DNA from: Pelagomonas calceolata
Lineage: Eukaryota
Reading direction: 5' to 3'
Length of the DNA stretch: 64,000 nucleotides
NCBI GenBank assembly: GCA_918797485.1
Contig: CAKKNE010000003.1
Coordinates: 2,108,001 to 2,172,000, forward strand
Under the pieces are notes generated by a model. It worked only from the letters and a program-made list of their open reading frames with translations. It had not been told where the DNA came from and did not search any database. Below, piece after piece: positions 1 to 10,270 of this stretch. The position numbers and the translations under genes were made by a program. Numbering within the stretch: the first letter of the stretch is position 1; each line of letters starts with the position of its first letter.

Positions 1-2
1 TC

Positions 3-860
3 ATCTGTCAACGGCGCCGAGCTTTGAGAATAGAACGAGCTCGCGTCGCGCGGGAGTTGAGGGCAGTTCTCCGACTGCAGGCAATGGCTCACAAACGGCG
101 CCGCTACGTGCGAGCACGAGCAAGAGCTCTCCATGAATCCGAGGTGAGGGCCTCGACAAAGCTACAGGCCCATCGACGCCGTCTGAAGGCCCTTGATAAA
201 GTAAGGACGCTCCGCGCGCGAATATATATAGTGACGTGGTCGCAGAGGCGCTACCGCGGTTCTATTGGGCGTTGTGAAGGCGCTCTTTACTACATAGTGC
301 GCTGGTGTCAACGAACCTACCGGGGCCGGCGCGGCCGCGCTATTTACGCCCTCCGCCGGAGGCTCAAGAGAAAACACGACGCGCGCGTCGCGACCGCTAT
401 ATATCTACAGAAGCGGTGGCGCGGGCGGACGGGCCGCGAGTTTTACAGGAGGAAGCGCTCAGCAAAATTACTCGTGGACTTCGTGCGGCGCGGGCTCTGG
501 GAGAAGCTCCAGGACCGCGCGTTCGGCGGCCGGCCGCTGCCTCGTATGAAGCGGAGCGGCCCGGGCAGCCGATCGGGCGAGCCCTACGCGCTGCCTCCTT
601 CAGAACCGGTCGACGAGCCGACGGCCGAGACGGCGTCGGTGCGCACCGACGACGGCGAGGAGATGGTCGCCGTGCGCAGCGACGACTCGGACGAGGAGTT
701 TATACAGTACCTCAAGAGGTTCGAGGACCCGGGCGCCTTCATCGACTTCCACACCATCGGCCAGCCCGCCTGGAAGCTCGGCGAGCCGCCCAAGAAGCGC
801 AAGGGGAAGAGGAAGAAGAAGCAGGTCGATGGCTTCATCAACGTGCCCTGGAATTTATAA
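3..860 (+). CDS. IQ-motif-containing basic protein, 5'-partial
   Basis: Frame open from the window edge; repeated IQ-like motifs (WSQRRYRG, WCQRTYRG, LQKRWRG). Confidence 0.6.
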   Translation: MCQRRRALRIERARVARELRAVLRLQAMAHKRRRYVRARARALHESEVRASTKLQAHRRRLKALDKVRTLRARIYIVTWSQRRYRGSIGRCEGALYYIVRWCQRTYRGRRGRAIYALRRRLKRKHDARVATAIYLQKRWRGRTGREFYRRKRSAKLLVDFVRRGLWEKLQDRAFGGRPLPRMKRSGPGSRSGEPYALPPSEPVDEPTAETASVRTDDGEEMVAVRSDDSDEEFIQYLKRFEDPGAFIDFHTIGQPAWKLGEPPKKRKGKRKKKQVDGFINVPWNL

Positions 861-869
861 CTACATGTA

Positions 870-2616
870 TTAGTCTGGATTATATAACGACATCTCGTTG
901 CGCTTTTCTTTGGTTGTGTAGAACTCCAGGCCCGGCTTCTTCAGGAAGGGGTACTCTTGACTATCAACCAATCCAGGTTCGCCCGCCGCGAACTGGTCGT
1001 CGACCCTTGCTAATTTCTTGGCACCTCTACGAGGCAAAGGCGCCCGTCTTTGCTGCGTCGCCTTCGCCTCGGTCTCGCCGCTCTGGCGTTTCTCGTCCAT
1101 TTTTGTGAGTTTGATGGAATGCAACTGCTCGTTCGTCCAGATCGCTCTCAACGGCAGAGGTAATGCGATCTTCTGCTCCGGCGCGACGGTGCGATCCTCG
1201 AGTCTTGTCACGACGTCCTGCACGAGCGTGTACATATTGGCTCTTTTAGTCCTTTCAACATTGGCCGGCACGTTCAGCATGCTCCCGATGGCCCAGACGG
1301 CCTGCTGGCGCACTTCCCGGTCGTCCTTGTAGTCCTCGTAGACCTGTTTTAGGGCTGATAGAGCTTGGGCTTTGCCCAACTCTGAAGACAGACTAAGTTT
1401 GCGACACATCGTCTGGACGGCGACGCAGCCCTTCCACGAGACGTTATAGGCTTCCGGGTGGGCCTCTATCGCCAGAACGACGCACTTCGCCGCTCTGTCT
1501 TGGAGTAGAGCGCCGCCGTCGTCGTGGTCGGAAGCGAACTCTATGATTGCCTCGAGGCCGAATTCCTGGACCCCTTCATCTTTGAGATGTTCGCGCATGT
1601 GGTTCAGGACTCTTTTGACCAATGCAGATATATCAGCAGACCCTTTCTTCTTATGGACCATCGCGTCCTTCCTCGAGTAGCCTAACCCAGCATCGCGCTG
1701 GAAGGGATTGACCAACTGCCCCAACCGCTTCGCCGAGTCCATGTCCATGTTGTTCACGGCGCAGAACTTGCAGATGCGGATTTCTTTACATGCTAGCGCT
1801 CCCGCTCTAGTTTGTAGCATCTTCATCAATTCCTTCGCGGACTTTTGGAGCTCGAGGTCGTCCTGGTGCAGACCCTTCAATCGCTCCGCTAATTTCAAGC
1901 CACCCAGCTCCAGCAGTTGGTCCGCTTCACTATCGGTCGGCGACTTCCGCACGATCCACATGAGCGCTTTCGCGCACCTGCGCGGAGCATCGCGGTCGCT
2001 CGCCTCGGTCCGATGTGGTATCGCGTCGATGGCGTCCTGATGACCACGTAGACTCTCGTGGATCACGACGACGGCGTCGCGGCGGCGCTGTCTCGTGAAG
2101 ACGCCATCGACGCGACCCGCTCTCGCGAGACGCGTGGACCTCTCGCGCGGCCGCGGCGACGGCGTCGAGGCGGCGCGGCATCGCATCGACGCCATCGCCG
2201 CGACCACGTCATGCGCGGAGCATCGCGGTGTCTCGACGCGGTCCGAACGGCCTCAAACTCGAAAAAGAAACTACCCACCGTCTTCTCTCATGAAGACGAG
2301 TCGCGTCGAAGGCACCGCAACACCTCAAAACGCGGAGATCGCACCGGCCCGAGACAGGCGCGTCTTCCATCCAAAGTTTTAATACATCAATCATGACGTC
2401 TAGCGCTCCTGCATCTGTGAGCTCTTTCAGGTTTTTTTTCGCGACGCCCGGGACTTCACTGCGGACTCTTCTCCTAATACTATCGCAGCCGTCGATAACG
2501 AGGTCGCGGCCGTTCGGGTTTAACGATCCGAGCATCTTGTTCACCAGCGTCTTGTTGGGCATGAATCGGATTTGGACCTGGTCCTTCGTCGGTAGGTACT
2601 GGCCGATGACATCCAT
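870..2616 (-). CDS. Armadillo/HEAT-repeat-like helical protein; exons 2616-2345 and 1977-870
   Basis: Two ORFs join in frame across GT-AG intron 2344-1978 (MEDAPVSGR|CAKALMW); ARM-like segments such as EVRQQAVWAIGSM and VQEFGLEAI. Confidence 0.7.
1978..2344 (-). mobile_element. Introner-like intron, family B (composite, 367 bp)
   Basis: Starts GTGCGATCTCCGCGTTTTGAGGTG and ends GATGCTCCGCGCAG; ends near-identical to dynein intron 50249-50511. Confidence 0.8.
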
Positions 2617-2956
2617 CCTTGCTGGATGCTATCGAGACTGCTCCCGGTGTGGAGAGGCAGCCCGCCCCGACGGGCTGCTTCCGCGTGGTACGTGTGCCGC
2701 GCCCGGTTGTTTCTAGGCCTGCCTGGGCAGCTTTATCCCGGCCGGGCAGCGCCGGCACCCTGCACCTGTTTTGTTTTTTAGTGTCGGCCCCGTCAACCAC
2801 ATACCCAGGCACCACTCGCTTCGCGTCCGGCATGCGTGGAAGGCGGTGAATCCGGCCCGTAGGCGCGACGACCGATCAAAGTGATGATGTGTGAAAGGCG
2901 ACCTCCAGGGTGGGCAAAGCTGATGCACCGCCAGTGATTGCTCAGGATCGTGCATA

Positions 2957-5038
2957 ATGGATGATTCGCCGCCGATGACCAGCAGCGCCGACGGGGCTGC
3001 AAATGGGCAGCCCGCAGAGCAGCAGCAAGAAGGACCACCACCGAGGCGCCGCGCATCTCTCGCACCCCAGACGGCGCCACTCCTCGATGGTCCGCCGGCG
3101 CCGCCGCGCCCGCGCCGCGCGTCCTGGCCCGCGCCCGTGCCCGCGCCGGATGAATGCAAGGAGCCGTCGTCGACGCGGTCCGCCGACCTCGAGCGCTTCG
3201 TGGCGCGGCGCGCGGCGACGCTGCGGCGCGCGACGCCCGACGCCGAAGCCTTGGAGGAGCAGGTGCGCTCCGCTTTAAATGATATGGTGGCTACGGAACG
3301 GCGGCGACCCTCGACGACGCCGCCAGCAAAACGGCCGTCGCTGGCCGCGCAGCTCTTCCGGCCCCGGTCCGCGTCGAAGGACAACGCCGACGCCAAGCTC
3401 GCCTCGCAGTTGTACGGCGGAAGCATGACGTCGAGTCGACGGAAACAACGACGCGTGCCCTGGAACCACCCCGACTCGGTCTTCCGGCAGCGCTGGATCC
3501 TGGCCGTCATTATGGCGACGCTGTACTGCGCCGTGGAGCTGCCCGTGGAGCTGGCGTTTTATCCCGGTTTTCAAGTGGCGAGTTTCAAATTCTGGTTCGA
3601 CATCTGTATAGATTTATTTTTTGTGGCGGACATTTGCGTCTCATTGAAAACGGGCTTCGTCGAGGACGGCGTGGTCGTGATGGACCCGAAACGTATCAGG
3701 CAGAAGTACTGCCGGTCCGGGTTTGTGGTAGATTTGATCGCGGTGCTGCCGTTCGACGTCGCGATGGCTTTTGCAGGAAGTGGTGATGGTAACGAATCGT
3801 TAGTTGCCGCATCGACACGCCTCGGCCGCGTCGCGCGGCTATCAAGGTTATTGCGTCTAGGAAGGGTAGCTCGACTGTTCCGCTACTCCCAACATTATCT
3901 AGGAGGCCTCCATGAAGGCCACGTTCGAATCCTAGCACTGACGTTCACGGTCTTTCTGTTTGCTCACTGGGATGCTTGCTTACTGTACCTATCAGCTCGC
4001 ATGGACGACTTCGACGAGGACCGGACCTGGGTCGGGCACTTAGGACTTAAGTCAAGGACGAATGCGGACCAGTACGCGTGGGCGTTGTTCAAGGCTTGTA
4101 GTCATATGTTGTGTATAGGGTATGGAGTTGTGAGACCCCTGTCTACCGTAGAAGTTTTGTTGACTACTGTCAGTATGGTCTTCGGGGCGGCGTTGTTTGC
4201 CGGTATTATCGGCTCACTGACAGCTTATCTGGCTTCCTTAGACGGCCCGTCGGCGAGATATGAAAGATTACAGAGGGACTGCAACGTGTTTTTGGAGCAG
4301 CATGGTTTATCTCCTACATTGAGGGAGAGGGTGCGCGACCATCTGGATAGGAGCCATTTACGCGTGAAGCGGCGGTCCTGCGACGCGGCCGCCGAGGCGC
4401 GCGGCCACGGCCGCGTCGATGAATCAACTATTCTGGACGCGCTGTCTCCTTTGTTGAGGAGCGAGGTCTGCGTCGAGCGCTGCCGTCGTGTTATTCGCGC
4501 ATCACCGCTCCTGAATGGCACGCTCGTGCGAAGTGACATCGCGCGGGCGGTGGCCCCCGTCCTCGCGCCGCTCTCTGTGGGTGAAGGAGAAGCAGTCTTG
4601 GAAAAGAATGAACCAGCTCTAGAAATGTACTTCGTGGAGACGGGCTGCGTGCGATTGATCCGAGACGAGCCGGTCGCGGCGCTCGAAACTGGAAGTTACT
4701 TCGGAGAAATTCCGTTCGTCTTCGAAAATGTAATGCTGCAGCCCTTTTTGGCTGTGGCTTGTGAAAGTTGCGACCTCTGGGTGCTGCCGCGGGATGCGTT
4801 CGAGCGCCTCGGCGTCGTGTTTCCCGAGCTCCCGCGGATCGTGCGCCTCGTCGCGCGGCAGCGGCTCGAGCGGATGGGCGTCTCGTTGATTGATATCTCG
4901 TCCGACGCCGACGGGTCGGACTCCATTAGATTGCTGGAGGACCTCTTCGCGTCGCCGGACGTCCGGATGCTGGCGCAGCGGATGCTCTCCGCCGAGTCGT
5001 CGCCGGCGTTGTCGCCTGCTTTGTCGCCGCGGGAGTAG
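2957..5038 (+). CDS. HCN-like cyclic-nucleotide-binding-domain voltage-gated cation channel
   Basis: 6-TM pattern; Arg-rich S4 (RLGRVARLSRLLRLGRVARLFRY); S5 HWDAC; pore ALFKACSHMLCIGYG; CNBD GSYFGEI. Confidence 0.9.
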   Translation: MDDSPPMTSSADGAANGQPAEQQQEGPPPRRRASLAPQTAPLLDGPPAPPRPRRASWPAPVPAPDECKEPSSTRSADLERFVARRAATLRRATPDAEALEEQVRSALNDMVATERRRPSTTPPAKRPSLAAQLFRPRSASKDNADAKLASQLYGGSMTSSRRKQRRVPWNHPDSVFRQRWILAVIMATLYCAVELPVELAFYPGFQVASFKFWFDICIDLFFVADICVSLKTGFVEDGVVVMDPKRIRQKYCRSGFVVDLIAVLPFDVAMAFAGSGDGNESLVAASTRLGRVARLSRLLRLGRVARLFRYSQHYLGGLHEGHVRILALTFTVFLFAHWDACLLYLSARMDDFDEDRTWVGHLGLKSRTNADQYAWALFKACSHMLCIGYGVVRPLSTVEVLLTTVSMVFGAALFAGIIGSLTAYLASLDGPSARYERLQRDCNVFLEQHGLSPTLRERVRDHLDRSHLRVKRRSCDAAAEARGHGRVDESTILDALSPLLRSEVCVERCRRVIRASPLLNGTLVRSDIARAVAPVLAPLSVGEGEAVLEKNEPALEMYFVETGCVRLIRDEPVAALETGSYFGEIPFVFENVMLQPFLAVACESCDLWVLPRDAFERLGVVFPELPRIVRLVARQRLERMGVSLIDISSDADGSDSIRLLEDLFASPDVRMLAQRMLSAESSPALSPALSPRE

Positions 5039-5057
5039 TTGTGTTTGTTAATACTTT

Positions 5058-5079
5058 CTAGTGTCTTAGGTGCCGCTAG
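5058..5079 (+). promoter_or_regulatory. CTAG-bracketed intergenic motif
   Basis: ctagtgtcttaggtgccgctag. Confidence 0.65.
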
Positions 5080-5300
5080 GGTGCTAAGGAATTAGCTGCG
5101 GGCATAAGCTCTGTATTTGGGCTGCGCTCTCACTCGTAGAGGCCAATTCGTGGTTGTAGGATAGTTCTGTTGACGCCCAGTCGGCGCCAGCGAATCCTAA
5201 GCTCGTGAGCCACCACTCCTTTTGCCTATCCTCCAGGAGAGGCTGCCTGGCCCACGCCAGCCGACGCGACGCGACGCGCGGACGCTTGGGACACATAAAG

Positions 5301-7190
5301 ATGAGCACCTACGACGAGCGAAAAAGGCAAGAGGAGGCCGACGCCGCCTACGCCCGGCGTTTACAACAGGAGGACTACGACCAGCGCCCGGACGCGGGCA
5401 CGAGCGCGCGGACCATCTCGCAAATGAACAGCGATTTGCTCGCTAAGATCGAGGAGCAGGAGCATTGTGATTTACCAGGACACATCTCAAAAACGAAGAA
5501 CAAGCACGCCGGTGCTGGTTTGAGTCGAGGCTTGCAATCCGCGGTGGGCGGCGTGGCGGCCGGTGCTGCCGCCTTAGTGGCCGCGCCGGTCATCGGCGCG
5601 AAGGAGGGCGGCGGGAAGGGCTTTGCTGCTGGTCTAGGTGCTGGTATTCTAGGTGCTGTCGCCTTACCGTTAGTGGGCATCGCTTCTGGTGTGTACGAGG
5701 TCGGCGTCGGCATCGCGAACACGCCCGCCGCGATTCAAGCGAGTGCGGAAGGTAAAGAATGGGACCCGTCTTCCAACAGCTGGATCTTCTACGACCTCAA
5801 GAAGGAGGAGCAGTTATATTTATCCACAGAAGCCGACGACAAGCTGCGAGACCACATCAACAAGAGGCGAGAGAAGGCCGGCCACGAGACCGAAACCACG
5901 CATCAAGTCAAGGACACGAAGCTCTACGACATCCTCGGCGTCGCCCCGAACGCGAGCGACGCGAAGATAAAAAAAGCGTACTATAAAAAAGCTCTCACGT
6001 GTCACCCCGACAAGTTTCCCAACGATGCCGCGAAGAAGGTCGAATTCCAGGCCATCTCGGGCGCCTATGCTGTTCTATCAGATCCGCAGTCAAAAGCTCG
6101 CTACGACAGCACGGGCGAAGAGAACGCGGAAAATGCCATGGACCCGTCCGTTTTCTTTGCGATGATATTTGGAAGCGAAGCGTTTTCCGAGTACGTCGGT
6201 GAATTGAAGGTGGCGCAGCTGGCTAACGGTGAGGGTGATGATGCGCCGGACGATGCGGAGCTGGCTTTTCGGCAGCGGCGGCGGTGCGTGGAACTGGCTT
6301 CGAAATTGGTGAAGCGCATTCAAGATCGAGTGGATGGTGGCGACAAGGACGCGTTCTTTGAACGGTGTAAGGCAGATGGGAGTGACCTGGCGAAGACGCC
6401 CTTCGGTGCTACACTTACGAGACTGATCGCTCGATCCTACATCGGCGCCGCCAATCAGTATCTGGTGAGCGGGCCGGCGTCGATCGGGCAGTCGATTGCG
6501 GATGGCGCCCATTCGGCGCACAACTACTTCAAGGCGGGGCGCGATGGGCTCGGGGTCGTTTCTGCGGCTCGAGCCGCGGACAAGGCCGAAAAAGCAGCCC
6601 AGATGGACGAAGAAGATTCAGTGTGTAGGGACAACGGCCGGCCCGCGTCGCAAGCTTCGTGCCTCATCGTGCACGACGCGACCGTGGAGCACTTTTTTTC
6701 CGCTCAAGCGGCGCGCGACCGCTTCTCGAAGTTGAGCTATGCGCAGACCTCTGTGTTATTTGACAAGAATGGGAGCGACTGGCGCCTCGCGCGGAAGTTC
6801 GGGCCCTCGCAGTCCGTGCAGCAGATTTGCGGATATGTGCAGACCTGTCCGGCCATCACGTCCAAAATACTGCGGGAGCAAATCACGAATGCGAAGAAGG
6901 CTCGAGCCATGGAGTCGGTCTTCGAAGCGGCTTGGAGGGTCAGTGTCCTGGACATGGAGTCGACATTACGCGATGCGACGTCGAAGTTATTTAGAGACAC
7001 GTCCGTCGACAAGGCGACGCGCGAGAAGCGGGCCAAGGCCGTCAAGACGCTGGCCAAGGCCTTTCTACAAGCCGTGGACGAGGCGGGCCACACGGAGACG
7101 TGGAAGGACGCCATCGCGGCGCAGATCGCGCAGCAGACGGGCGGTCCCATGGCGCCGCCGCCGGCGGATCCGTCGTCTAGCTCGTTCTAA
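5301..7190 (+). CDS. DnaJ-domain protein with DnaJ-X domain (Djp1/Caj1/ATJ10-like)
   Basis: J domain LYDILGV...KAYYKKALTCHPDK; FAMIFGSEAFSEYVGEL; C-terminal DMESTLR...EKRAKAVKTL. Confidence 0.85.
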   Translation: MSTYDERKRQEEADAAYARRLQQEDYDQRPDAGTSARTISQMNSDLLAKIEEQEHCDLPGHISKTKNKHAGAGLSRGLQSAVGGVAAGAAALVAAPVIGAKEGGGKGFAAGLGAGILGAVALPLVGIASGVYEVGVGIANTPAAIQASAEGKEWDPSSNSWIFYDLKKEEQLYLSTEADDKLRDHINKRREKAGHETETTHQVKDTKLYDILGVAPNASDAKIKKAYYKKALTCHPDKFPNDAAKKVEFQAISGAYAVLSDPQSKARYDSTGEENAENAMDPSVFFAMIFGSEAFSEYVGELKVAQLANGEGDDAPDDAELAFRQRRRCVELASKLVKRIQDRVDGGDKDAFFERCKADGSDLAKTPFGATLTRLIARSYIGAANQYLVSGPASIGQSIADGAHSAHNYFKAGRDGLGVVSAARAADKAEKAAQMDEEDSVCRDNGRPASQASCLIVHDATVEHFFSAQAARDRFSKLSYAQTSVLFDKNGSDWRLARKFGPSQSVQQICGYVQTCPAITSKILREQITNAKKARAMESVFEAAWRVSVLDMESTLRDATSKLFRDTSVDKATREKRAKAVKTLAKAFLQAVDEAGHTETWKDAIAAQIAQQTGGPMAPPPADPSSSSF

Positions 7191-7221
7191 GGTTCTTGTG
7201 TAGTAGTCCTGTCTTACACGG

Positions 7222-7255
7222 GGATCTATGTCGTCACGAGGATCTATGTCGTCAC
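7222..7255. repeat. 16-bp direct repeat x2
   Basis: ggatctatgtcgtcac at 7222-7237 and 7240-7255. Confidence 0.9.
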
Positions 7256-7760
7256 AATGCTTTTTCTACACGGCCCGCGGCCGTTGTTTCTTTTCAGAGG
7301 GGCCAGTGCTCGGCCGGGATCATCGCCCACGCGATTATTAAGACATGAATCGTGAGCAGAATCTTCGCCGCGCCGTATCCGCTCTCGAGGCTCCTCGCCG
7401 TGAGTATGCCGTCGGGCCCCCGCGACGCGAGCCAGACGTGGGCAGAGCTCAAATCAAGGTGGCACGGGTGCGCTCGCAGCAATCGTCGGCGATAGGGGTT
7501 GACTGCGCCCGTGTATATGCCTCTAACTCGAGCAGTAGGCCCTCGCGGATCGCAATTGTGAGCCTGTGAAACCTGAATTGATTCAGGGTGTCGACGCGGA
7601 GGCGCGGTTTTTCGCGATAGGAGAGAGGCGAGCCGAGAACTGCCTCCGACGAAGATCTGAGGCGACGCGGACCAAAACAAACACGCCCTCAAGCCTCAAT
7701 TCAGGCTCAAACCCAAAGCTTCACTTTGCTGATTGGAATACGGCGACGGCGTTAGGCACC

Positions 7761-8126
7761 ATGGCCGACCTAGAAGCGGCGGCGGTCGCCATGGCGCCGC
7801 TCGGCGCCTGGCTGCGGTACCACCTCTCGTCGTTCAGTAAGGGCAAGAACTACCCCTACGGCACGTTGTGTGCCAACTTCGCCGCGACGGCCATCGCCGC
7901 GATGTCGACGGGGCTCTGGACGAAGACCACAGGCTCGGACGTCTTCTGGCACGCCGTCGTCGACGGCTTCTGCGGGGCGCTCTCGACGGCGTCGACGTTC
8001 ACCTCCGAATTCCGCATGCTGAAGGAGGCGCCGCACGCGCCGCGCGGCTACATCTACGCGTCGATGATGCTGCTTGCGGGCCAGGTCGCGGCCGTCCCGT
8101 TCGTCGCGTCTATCCCGTCGATGTGA
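7761..8126 (+). CDS. crcB: Fluc/CrcB (FEX-type) fluoride channel, single domain of about 121 aa
   Basis: GAWLRY, PYGTLCANF and GFCGALSTASTF motifs; 4 hydrophobic helices. Confidence 0.8.
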   Translation: MADLEAAAVAMAPLGAWLRYHLSSFSKGKNYPYGTLCANFAATAIAAMSTGLWTKTTGSDVFWHAVVDGFCGALSTASTFTSEFRMLKEAPHAPRGYIYASMMLLAGQVAAVPFVASIPSM

Positions 8127-8219
8127 TTATATATCTATGCCGCGCTTCCCTCTGTCCCGCTTTCTTCGCGACGACGTAGGGATGTTTAACTGATTTCTTT
8201 AATACTGCTGATGTAACTG

Positions 8220-8240
8220 CTAGGTGTTGTGACACTCTAG
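8220..8240 (-). promoter_or_regulatory. CTAG-bracketed intergenic motif (variant)
   Basis: Minus strand reads ctagagtgtcacaacacctag. Confidence 0.5.
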
Positions 8241-8351
8241 GTTGAGCAGACACACGTGAGATGCGCAGAACGCTGCCGATTTTGCGCAAACCAGCGGTTC
8301 GCGTGGGCTCGCGTGATTGATTTCAAGCACTTGCCGCCCTATCCATCAATC

Positions 8352-9206
8352 ATGCGCGGCGGCTGCCTCTTCGTCTCCCATGGCGGCGGCCCCATGCCGC
8401 TTCTGGGCGACCTGTCGCACGCGTCGATGGTGAAGTTCCTGCGCGCGCACGAATACCGACCGTCCGCGGTATTACTGATCTCGGCGCACTGGCAGACCAC
8501 CGTGCCAACCCTGACGAGCGGCGCGCGGCCGCAATTGATCTACGACTACGGCGGCTTCCCGCCCAAGAGCTACCAGTACACATATGCCGCCAGCGGTGAC
8601 CCTGCATTGGCCAAACGAGCCGCGGCGTTGCTTCAGGCGGCTGGTATCGCCGCGCGCCTCGACGAGAGCCGAGGGTGGGACCACGGCGTCTTCGTGCCGA
8701 TGATGCTCATGTTCCCGAAAGCTGATATACCGATAGTATGCCTCTCGCTGCTGACAAATGCGGACCCCGCGAAACACTTCGAGCTGGGGCGAGCTTTGAG
8801 GCCGTTGCGGGACGAGGGCGTGCTCATCCTCGGGAGCGGCTCGTCTTACCACAATATGGGCGGCTTCTTCGGCGGCGTCGCCAACTGTGTAATCAAATTT
8901 CGCGGACACCCGACTCACTGGTTGATTTCCACACAGGTCGCCAACGCGGCCGAAGCGTCGGCGGCCTTCGACGCCTACCTCACGACGGCCTGTGCCGCGC
9001 CGGCGGCCGAGCGAAGGAAGCTACTGGTGGACTGGGAGCGCGCGCCGTGCGCGAGGGCGTGCCACCCGCCCGGCGGCGAGGAGCACCTGCTTCCTCTCCA
9101 CGTCGTCGCCGGTGCCGCTTTTGATGACGAGTCGGGGACGAAGCTTTGGACCGAGCCGGACTTCTTCGGCCGGGTCACGATGAGCTCCTGGGGCTTCTCT
9201 GTATAG
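8352..9206 (+). CDS. LigB-family extradiol dioxygenase (DODA/YgiD-like); intron 8877-8936
   Basis: SHGGGP, ISAHW, IYDYGGFP, RGWDHG, GSGSSYHN and EEHLLPL motifs. Confidence 0.9.
   Translation: MRGGCLFVSHGGGPMPLLGDLSHASMVKFLRAHEYRPSAVLLISAHWQTTVPTLTSGARPQLIYDYGGFPPKSYQYTYAASGDPALAKRAAALLQAAGIAARLDESRGWDHGVFVPMMLMFPKADIPIVCLSLLTNADPAKHFELGRALRPLRDEGVLILGSGSSYHNMGGFFGGVANCVIKFRGHPTHWLISTQVANAAEASAAFDAYLTTACAAPAAERRKLLVDWERAPCARACHPPGGEEHLLPLHVVAGAAFDDESGTKLWTEPDFFGRVTMSSWGFSV
8877..8936 (+). mobile_element. Introner family A mini-copy (60-bp in-frame intron)
   Basis: TSD gtcgccaa at 8877 and 8937; TIRs ctgtgt(gga)aatcaa / ttgatttccacacag. Confidence 0.85.
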
Positions 9207-9217
9207 TTGTGTAAAAT

Positions 9218-10270
9218 TTAACTCATAGCCGTGAACCCATGCCCCAATTCCGCGAGCGGCAGCAGCACCAGCTCCTGCTCGGCAGCAACCGAAGCCGCCT
9301 GTTCAGGCACCTTTGTAGCATAGTCGACCCGATCCAGCTCGCGCCAGTGCGGGTTCGCCGCCGTCTTGAGCCACTTGAAGTCCTGCACATCTTTCCACGC
9401 GCCGGTCTTCACGAAGGTCGCCATCTGCTCGGCATGAATACCGGACCACGTGCACGCGTAGGCCGCGAACCGGCAATCGTCGCAGGCTTCGATGATCGGC
9501 CCCGACGCCGATGCGACATGGAAGGTTGTATCTGTGGTGTCATGGATCCGGAGCTGCCGCGGCACCACCCTAAACACACATCCGACGCAGTTGTGCACGT
9601 AGCACGGCCCCGCTATTACTCGTGAAAAGACGTGGCAGTTCTCCAAACGTACCAATCGCAGGGTCTGCAAAGGGTACGGCGCGAACACGACGCAATCCTT
9701 CAAATCCTCGAGATGGACTTGCGTCGACCACGTCTCGTCCACGACCAAGACTTTTCCGACTTCATTCCTAAAACCGGGGATCTCCCCACCCACGCTTACT
9801 TTGGACATCTCCTTCTGGCGATCCGCAAACTTGATTTTTTCGACGCCTTTCTCCACATGCACCGTGCCCTCGGCGAAGGCGTACTTTTCTCTAGGACAAA
9901 TTCTTTCCTTGGCCTCCTTCACGGCGTTCGTGGCCTGGTCGGCCTCGGCCGTCGCGCGCTTGATGTCGTACTGCGTGAGGTAGGCGGCGGCATCCGAAAC
10001 TTTACTTCTTAAGGTAGCCGCGTCCTGCTCCAGCTGTTTTACTTCGGCCTCAGTGGAAGCCGCTTCGGCGCGTTTCGCGACTTTGTCGCTCTCGCCCCCG
10101 AACTTCTGCCAGAAGACGGCCGGGTCCTCGTCCGCGTCGACGGTCTTTTCGGCGCGCGCTTTCGCCCACTTGGCCTTGCGCGCTTTGTCGCGCGCGGCCA
10201 TTCTTTCCGCAAAAGACATGGACTGTTTTTTTGCGGCGGCGTTCGCGGCGGCTTCGTCGAGGGCGGACAT
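9218..10270 (-). CDS. TBCC: Tubulin-binding cofactor C
   Basis: N-terminal helical bundle (AAAYLTQYDIKR); beta-helix with RQLRIH, SGPIIE and VQDFKWLK. Confidence 0.9.
   Translation of the reverse strand: MSALDEAAANAAAKKQSMSFAERMAARDKARKAKWAKARAEKTVDADEDPAVFWQKFGGESDKVAKRAEAASTEAEVKQLEQDAATLRSKVSDAAAYLTQYDIKRATAEADQATNAVKEAKERICPREKYAFAEGTVHVEKGVEKIKFADRQKEMSKVSVGGEIPGFRNEVGKVLVVDETWSTQVHLEDLKDCVVFAPYPLQTLRLVRLENCHVFSRVIAGPCYVHNCVGCVFRVVPRQLRIHDTTDTTFHVASASGPIIEACDDCRFAAYACTWSGIHAEQMATFVKTGAWKDVQDFKWLKTAANPHWRELDRVDYATKVPEQAASVAAEQELVLLPLAELGHGFTAMS

Noticed and set aside
7294..7692. ORFs 7294-7692 (-) and 7345-7569 (+) as genes or as the missing FEX half
   Set aside because: No recognisable motifs and no Fluc signature; left as unexplained spacer or decayed sequence.
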